A stretch of DNA of 64,000 bases, taken from an uncultured Verrucomicrobiales bacterium. Lineage in GTDB: Bacteria; Verrucomicrobiota; Verrucomicrobiia; Verrucomicrobiales; DEV007. Every line of letters begins with the position of its first letter. Position 1 is the stretch's first letter. The position numbers and the translations under genes were made by a program. Shown piece by piece: positions 60,623 to 64,000 of the stretch. The notes beneath the pieces are model-generated. The model did no database searches. It was not told where the DNA came from and worked only from the letters and a program-made list of their open reading frames with translations. Where the stretch lies: the NCBI GenBank assembly GCA_938091905.1, contig CALKOM010000103.1, positions 1-64,000 of the forward strand, written 5' to 3'.

Positions 60623-63600
60623 TCAAAACTGGCGTTGAATAAATCCGCCAATAGCCCGTGCAAGCAACTTGATGTCACTGAGAATAAGATAGAGAGCTGG
60701 TACCAGGAGAAGGGTAATGAACGTGGCAAAGATCACTCCAAAGCCGAGTGAAGTGGCCATCGGAATCAAGAACTGAGCCTGCAAACTTTTCTCCAGGAGA
60801 ATCGGGATGAGCCCAGCAAACGTGGTTAGCGAAGTGAGGATGATGGGGCGGAAGCGCCTAGCCCCGGCGGCCCATGCGGCATCAAGCACGACGACCCCTT
60901 TCTGCGCCTCCTTGTTCACGTAGTCCACGAGAACAAGGCTGTCATTGACCACCACTCCGGTGAGAGCGACGATGCCGAAGAGGCTGAGGGTGCTCAGGCT
61001 TTGACCGGTAAAGAAGTGGCCGCCAATGGCACCAATGAGGCCGAAGGGAATGACGCTCATGACGATGAACGGCTGCAGGTAGGATCTGAAGGGGATCGCG
61101 AGCAAGCCATAGATGACGATGAGAGCGAGCACGCCGTTTTTGCTCAGACTTTCTAACATTTCAGCATTTGACTTGGCTTCCCCTTTCAGGGTGGACTTCA
61201 CACCGGGATAGCCTTGGAGGACTTTGGGAATGATCTCGCTGGTCAGCGTGGCATTGATGTATTGCACGTCGACGCTTTCCTTATCGGCGTCTGCCGTGAT
61301 GTTGACGACACGTTCTTGTTCCATGCGGTTGATCGTGGTGTAGCTTTCGCCAAATTGGATCTCGGCCACTTCATCGAAGGCGACGGCGCGTCCGTCTGGT
61401 AGCCGGATGCGGAGGTTTTCGAGATCTGCTAGAGAGTCGCGCTCACTCCTAGGGTAACGCACCATCACTTTGATTTCGTCACGACCGCGAATGATGCGCT
61501 CTGCCTCGGCTCCATAGAATGCCTGCCGTACCTGGGAGCCGAGTTCGAAGGCAGTGACTCCAAGAGCTTCGCCATCTGGTTTGACTTTCATTTGCATCTC
61601 GAGTTTGCCGCCACTGTAGTTGTCCGTGACGTCGAAGACCCCTTTGTAAGTTCGCAGTGTCTGCATGACTTCCTCCTTTGCCGTGAGAAGATCCTCGAAG
61701 GTGCCGCCCGCAAGTTGCACATTGATAGGCTTCTCATCGTTCAATGCGGCGGTTGCGATAATCTGCATGGATTTCACGCCGGGAATGACGCCAATACACT
61801 CTCGCCAGCGATTGGCGAGATCCACGGCTGATAGTGTGCGTTGTTCAGACTTTGTTAGTTCCAAGACGAATACAGCGCGATTACTAGCGGAGCCGATCTG
61901 GCGTTGATCGAAGCCCTGGTTACCGCCTAGGCTGACGCTAATATGCTTGCCGATATTCCCTACGGACTCCTTCTCAAGATCGTCCAACAGGGTGTCATAG
62001 GCATCGCGGATCTGTTGCGCCGCTACGGAAGTGCCTTGGAGAGAGGTGCCCACTGGCATCTGCAGTTGGATGACAATGTAGTCGCTCGGTACGACGGGAA
62101 AAGGAATGAACTTCACCCAGCCTCCTTTGACTAGTGAGAGAGTGATTAGGAGGAGGCCAACGAACAAGGCCACGGTGACGTAGCGGAAGCGCAAGCAAAC
62201 GTGGAGCGCCGGTTCGTAGAATCTTTTGACGAAGGTCTCCAGGCCGTTCGCGATGGCGCGCTGAATCTTGAGAAGCCACGCACTGGTTTCCTTCTCATCC
62301 TTGCCAACTCGACAGAACGTCAGGTGATAAGGGAGTACCATCTTGGACTGAACAAGGGACCAGAAGAGAGTGAGGATCACGATCCCAGCGATGGGAGCAA
62401 AGAAATCGCCGGAAAAGCCAGGGACAACCAGAAGGGGGACGAAGGCTACCATGGTGGTGAGCACGGCAAAGACCACCGGCAAGGCAACATACTCAGCCCC
62501 GCGGGCCGCAGATTCTAGACTATGGCCATGGCGCTGAAACTCGGAGAACACGCTTTCGCCAACGACAATGGCATCGTCCACCACAATCCCAAGTACGAGA
62601 ATGAAAGCGAAGAGGGAGATGATATTGATCGAAATGCCAAAGATTGGCATGACGAAGAGCGTGCCCAGAAACGAGAATGGTATTCCGAGAGCCACAAAGA
62701 AGGCAAGCGATGGGCGTAAGAACAGTGTCAGGACAACCATGACAAGCAGGAACCCCATGCCGCCATTGACCAGCATTGTCTTGAGGCGGCCACGCAGGTA
62801 AAACGAGCCATCGACGTAGGCATGAAATTGAATGGCATCGGAATATCGAGTTCCCGCGTCTTCTACAAATTGATTAACTTTGGCAGAGACGTCGATCGGC
62901 GTTTCGTTGCCAACGGCATAGACGACGAGAAAGGCCGCAGGTTTCCCATCGAATAAACTGACACTCTTTGAATCCACGAAAGCATCGCGTACAGTGGCGA
63001 CGTCTCCCAACGTGATGCGCGTGCCATCTGGCGACGCACGCAGGACGAGATCTTCGAAAGCCTCGCCTGTGTAGGCCTGCTGCTTCACTCGGAGCAGGAT
63101 CTCGGCAGCCGTTGTTTTCACGGAGCCGCCCGGGAAATCGTTGGAGCTGCGACGGACGGCGTTGGCCACTTCCTCGAAGGTCAGACCGTATCGCCGAAGC
63201 GTCTCTTCATCGACCTCAATGGCAATCTCAAGATCGGGAAGTCCGTCCAGTTTCACCTGAGAGATGCCAGGGAGTCTAAGGAGGTCATCACGAGCTTGTG
63301 CGGCGATTCGACGTAATGTTATCTGATCGGTGTCGGCAACGATAGCGACACGAATGATTTCCTCTGCCAGGACAAGTTCATCGACGATCGCGCGCTCTGC
63401 CTCTGCTGGAAACGTGATGATCGCGTCCACTCGCGTCTTCACGTTCTCTTTCAGTTTCGCCATGGAATAGCCGCGTTCAGCTTCAATAAACACAGTGCCG
63501 ATACTCTCTTGAGCCTCGGATCGTAGTTCCTTGATGCCCTCCAACCCTTGCACGGCTTCCTCAATGGGGAGGACCAGTGAGCGCTCGACTTCTTCGGGCG

Positions 63601-63757
63601 CTGCTCCGGGATAGACGACGTTCACTGTCACAGTCCGCAGGTCTAACTTTGGAAACATCCTAACATTAACTGAAAAAACACCCAAGATTCCCCCTGCTAA
63701 GATGAGGAGCATCAGGAGGTTCGCAGCGACCCCATTGCGTATGAACCAGGCGATCAC
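60623..63757 (-). CDS. RND efflux permease (AcrB/AcrD/AcrF family)
   Basis: GIVVDDAIVV.E, GVVVNDS.V and RFRPI.LTSLTT; 12-TM layout. Confidence 0.95.
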   Translation of the reverse strand: MIAWFIRNGVAANLLMLLILAGGILGVFSVNVRMFPKLDLRTVTVNVVYPGAAPEEVERSLVLPIEEAVQGLEGIKELRSEAQESIGTVFIEAERGYSMAKLKENVKTRVDAIITFPAEAERAIVDELVLAEEIIRVAIVADTDQITLRRIAAQARDDLLRLPGISQVKLDGLPDLEIAIEVDEETLRRYGLTFEEVANAVRRSSNDFPGGSVKTTAAEILLRVKQQAYTGEAFEDLVLRASPDGTRITLGDVATVRDAFVDSKSVSLFDGKPAAFLVVYAVGNETPIDVSAKVNQFVEDAGTRYSDAIQFHAYVDGSFYLRGRLKTMLVNGGMGFLLVMVVLTLFLRPSLAFFVALGIPFSFLGTLFVMPIFGISINIISLFAFILVLGIVVDDAIVVGESVFSEFQRHGHSLESAARGAEYVALPVVFAVLTTMVAFVPLLVVPGFSGDFFAPIAGIVILTLFWSLVQSKMVLPYHLTFCRVGKDEKETSAWLLKIQRAIANGLETFVKRFYEPALHVCLRFRYVTVALFVGLLLITLSLVKGGWVKFIPFPVVPSDYIVIQLQMPVGTSLQGTSVAAQQIRDAYDTLLDDLEKESVGNIGKHISVSLGGNQGFDQRQIGSASNRAVFVLELTKSEQRTLSAVDLANRWRECIGVIPGVKSMQIIATAALNDEKPINVQLAGGTFEDLLTAKEEVMQTLRTYKGVFDVTDNYSGGKLEMQMKVKPDGEALGVTAFELGSQVRQAFYGAEAERIIRGRDEIKVMVRYPRSERDSLADLENLRIRLPDGRAVAFDEVAEIQFGESYTTINRMEQERVVNITADADKESVDVQYINATLTSEIIPKVLQGYPGVKSTLKGEAKSNAEMLESLSKNGVLALIVIYGLLAIPFRSYLQPFIVMSVIPFGLIGAIGGHFFTGQSLSTLSLFGIVALTGVVVNDSLVLVDYVNKEAQKGVVVLDAAWAAGARRFRPIILTSLTTFAGLIPILLEKSLQAQFLIPMATSLGFGVIFATFITLLLVPALYLILSDIKLLARAIGGFIQRQF

Positions 63758-63999
63758 GGAGCGTTCACTTGGTCAATCAGTTGTCCTGAAGGTGCCTCGT
63801 TGTCGGAAGTGATGGCTTCTACTGTCATGCCTTCCGCGTAATAGGACAGTCGTGTGACAATGACGCGTTCCCCGGTTTCTAGTCCGTCGGTCACAATGAC
63901 ACGCTCACTTTCTTTTCGAGCAATAGTGACCTTCCGCGTAGCGATGAGCGAGTCTTCGACTACGAGGACTCGCTCACCAGGGAGGACGGCCTCGCGTGG
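63754..63999 (-). CDS. RND periplasmic adaptor subunit, C-terminal part (truncated by window end)
   Basis: PREAV....VLVV....RKV.I.......VIVTDGLETGERVIV; the stop overlaps the GTG start of the permease. Confidence 0.85.
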   Translation of the reverse strand, partial: PREAVLPGERVLVVEDSLIATRKVTIARKESERVIVTDGLETGERVIVTRLSYYAEGMTVEAITSDNEAPSGQLIDQVNAP

Positions 64000-64000
64000 T

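Overview
A chromosomal window that looks Verrucomicrobial (PVC superphylum). Signs of this are a PEP-CTERM protein, sulfatases, DUF3500, a PVC-type heme-binding dehydrogenase, an ECF sigma plus Ser/Thr kinase pair and SHD1-like exported proteins. Intact housekeeping and metabolic genes (lnt, asnS, metB-like, lolC/E-like, chrA, glcD-like, rlpA, selO, RND efflux) alternate with about 13 decayed accessory genes that carry nonsense codons, frameshifts and deletion junctions. The main signals are as follows. (1) A decayed minus-strand RNA-repair island at about 40.8-45.6 kb. It holds five tRNA-like modules the ORF track does not show, a Ro60/TROVE C-terminal remnant, a candidate Y RNA directly behind it, an RlaP-type nucleotidyltransferase and an HNH nuclease. 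(2) An otherwise clean exported SHD1-like gene whose frame runs through two in-frame TGA codons to a TAG at 57402, with a SECIS-like hairpin after the second TGA; it is a candidate new selenoprotein or recoded protein. (3) A PEP-CTERM gene with a full sigma54 promoter layout. (4) Three different palindromic repeat types, a SLOG-domain remnant and an IS21 istB remnant. All family assignments come from motif recognition by eye, not from database searches.
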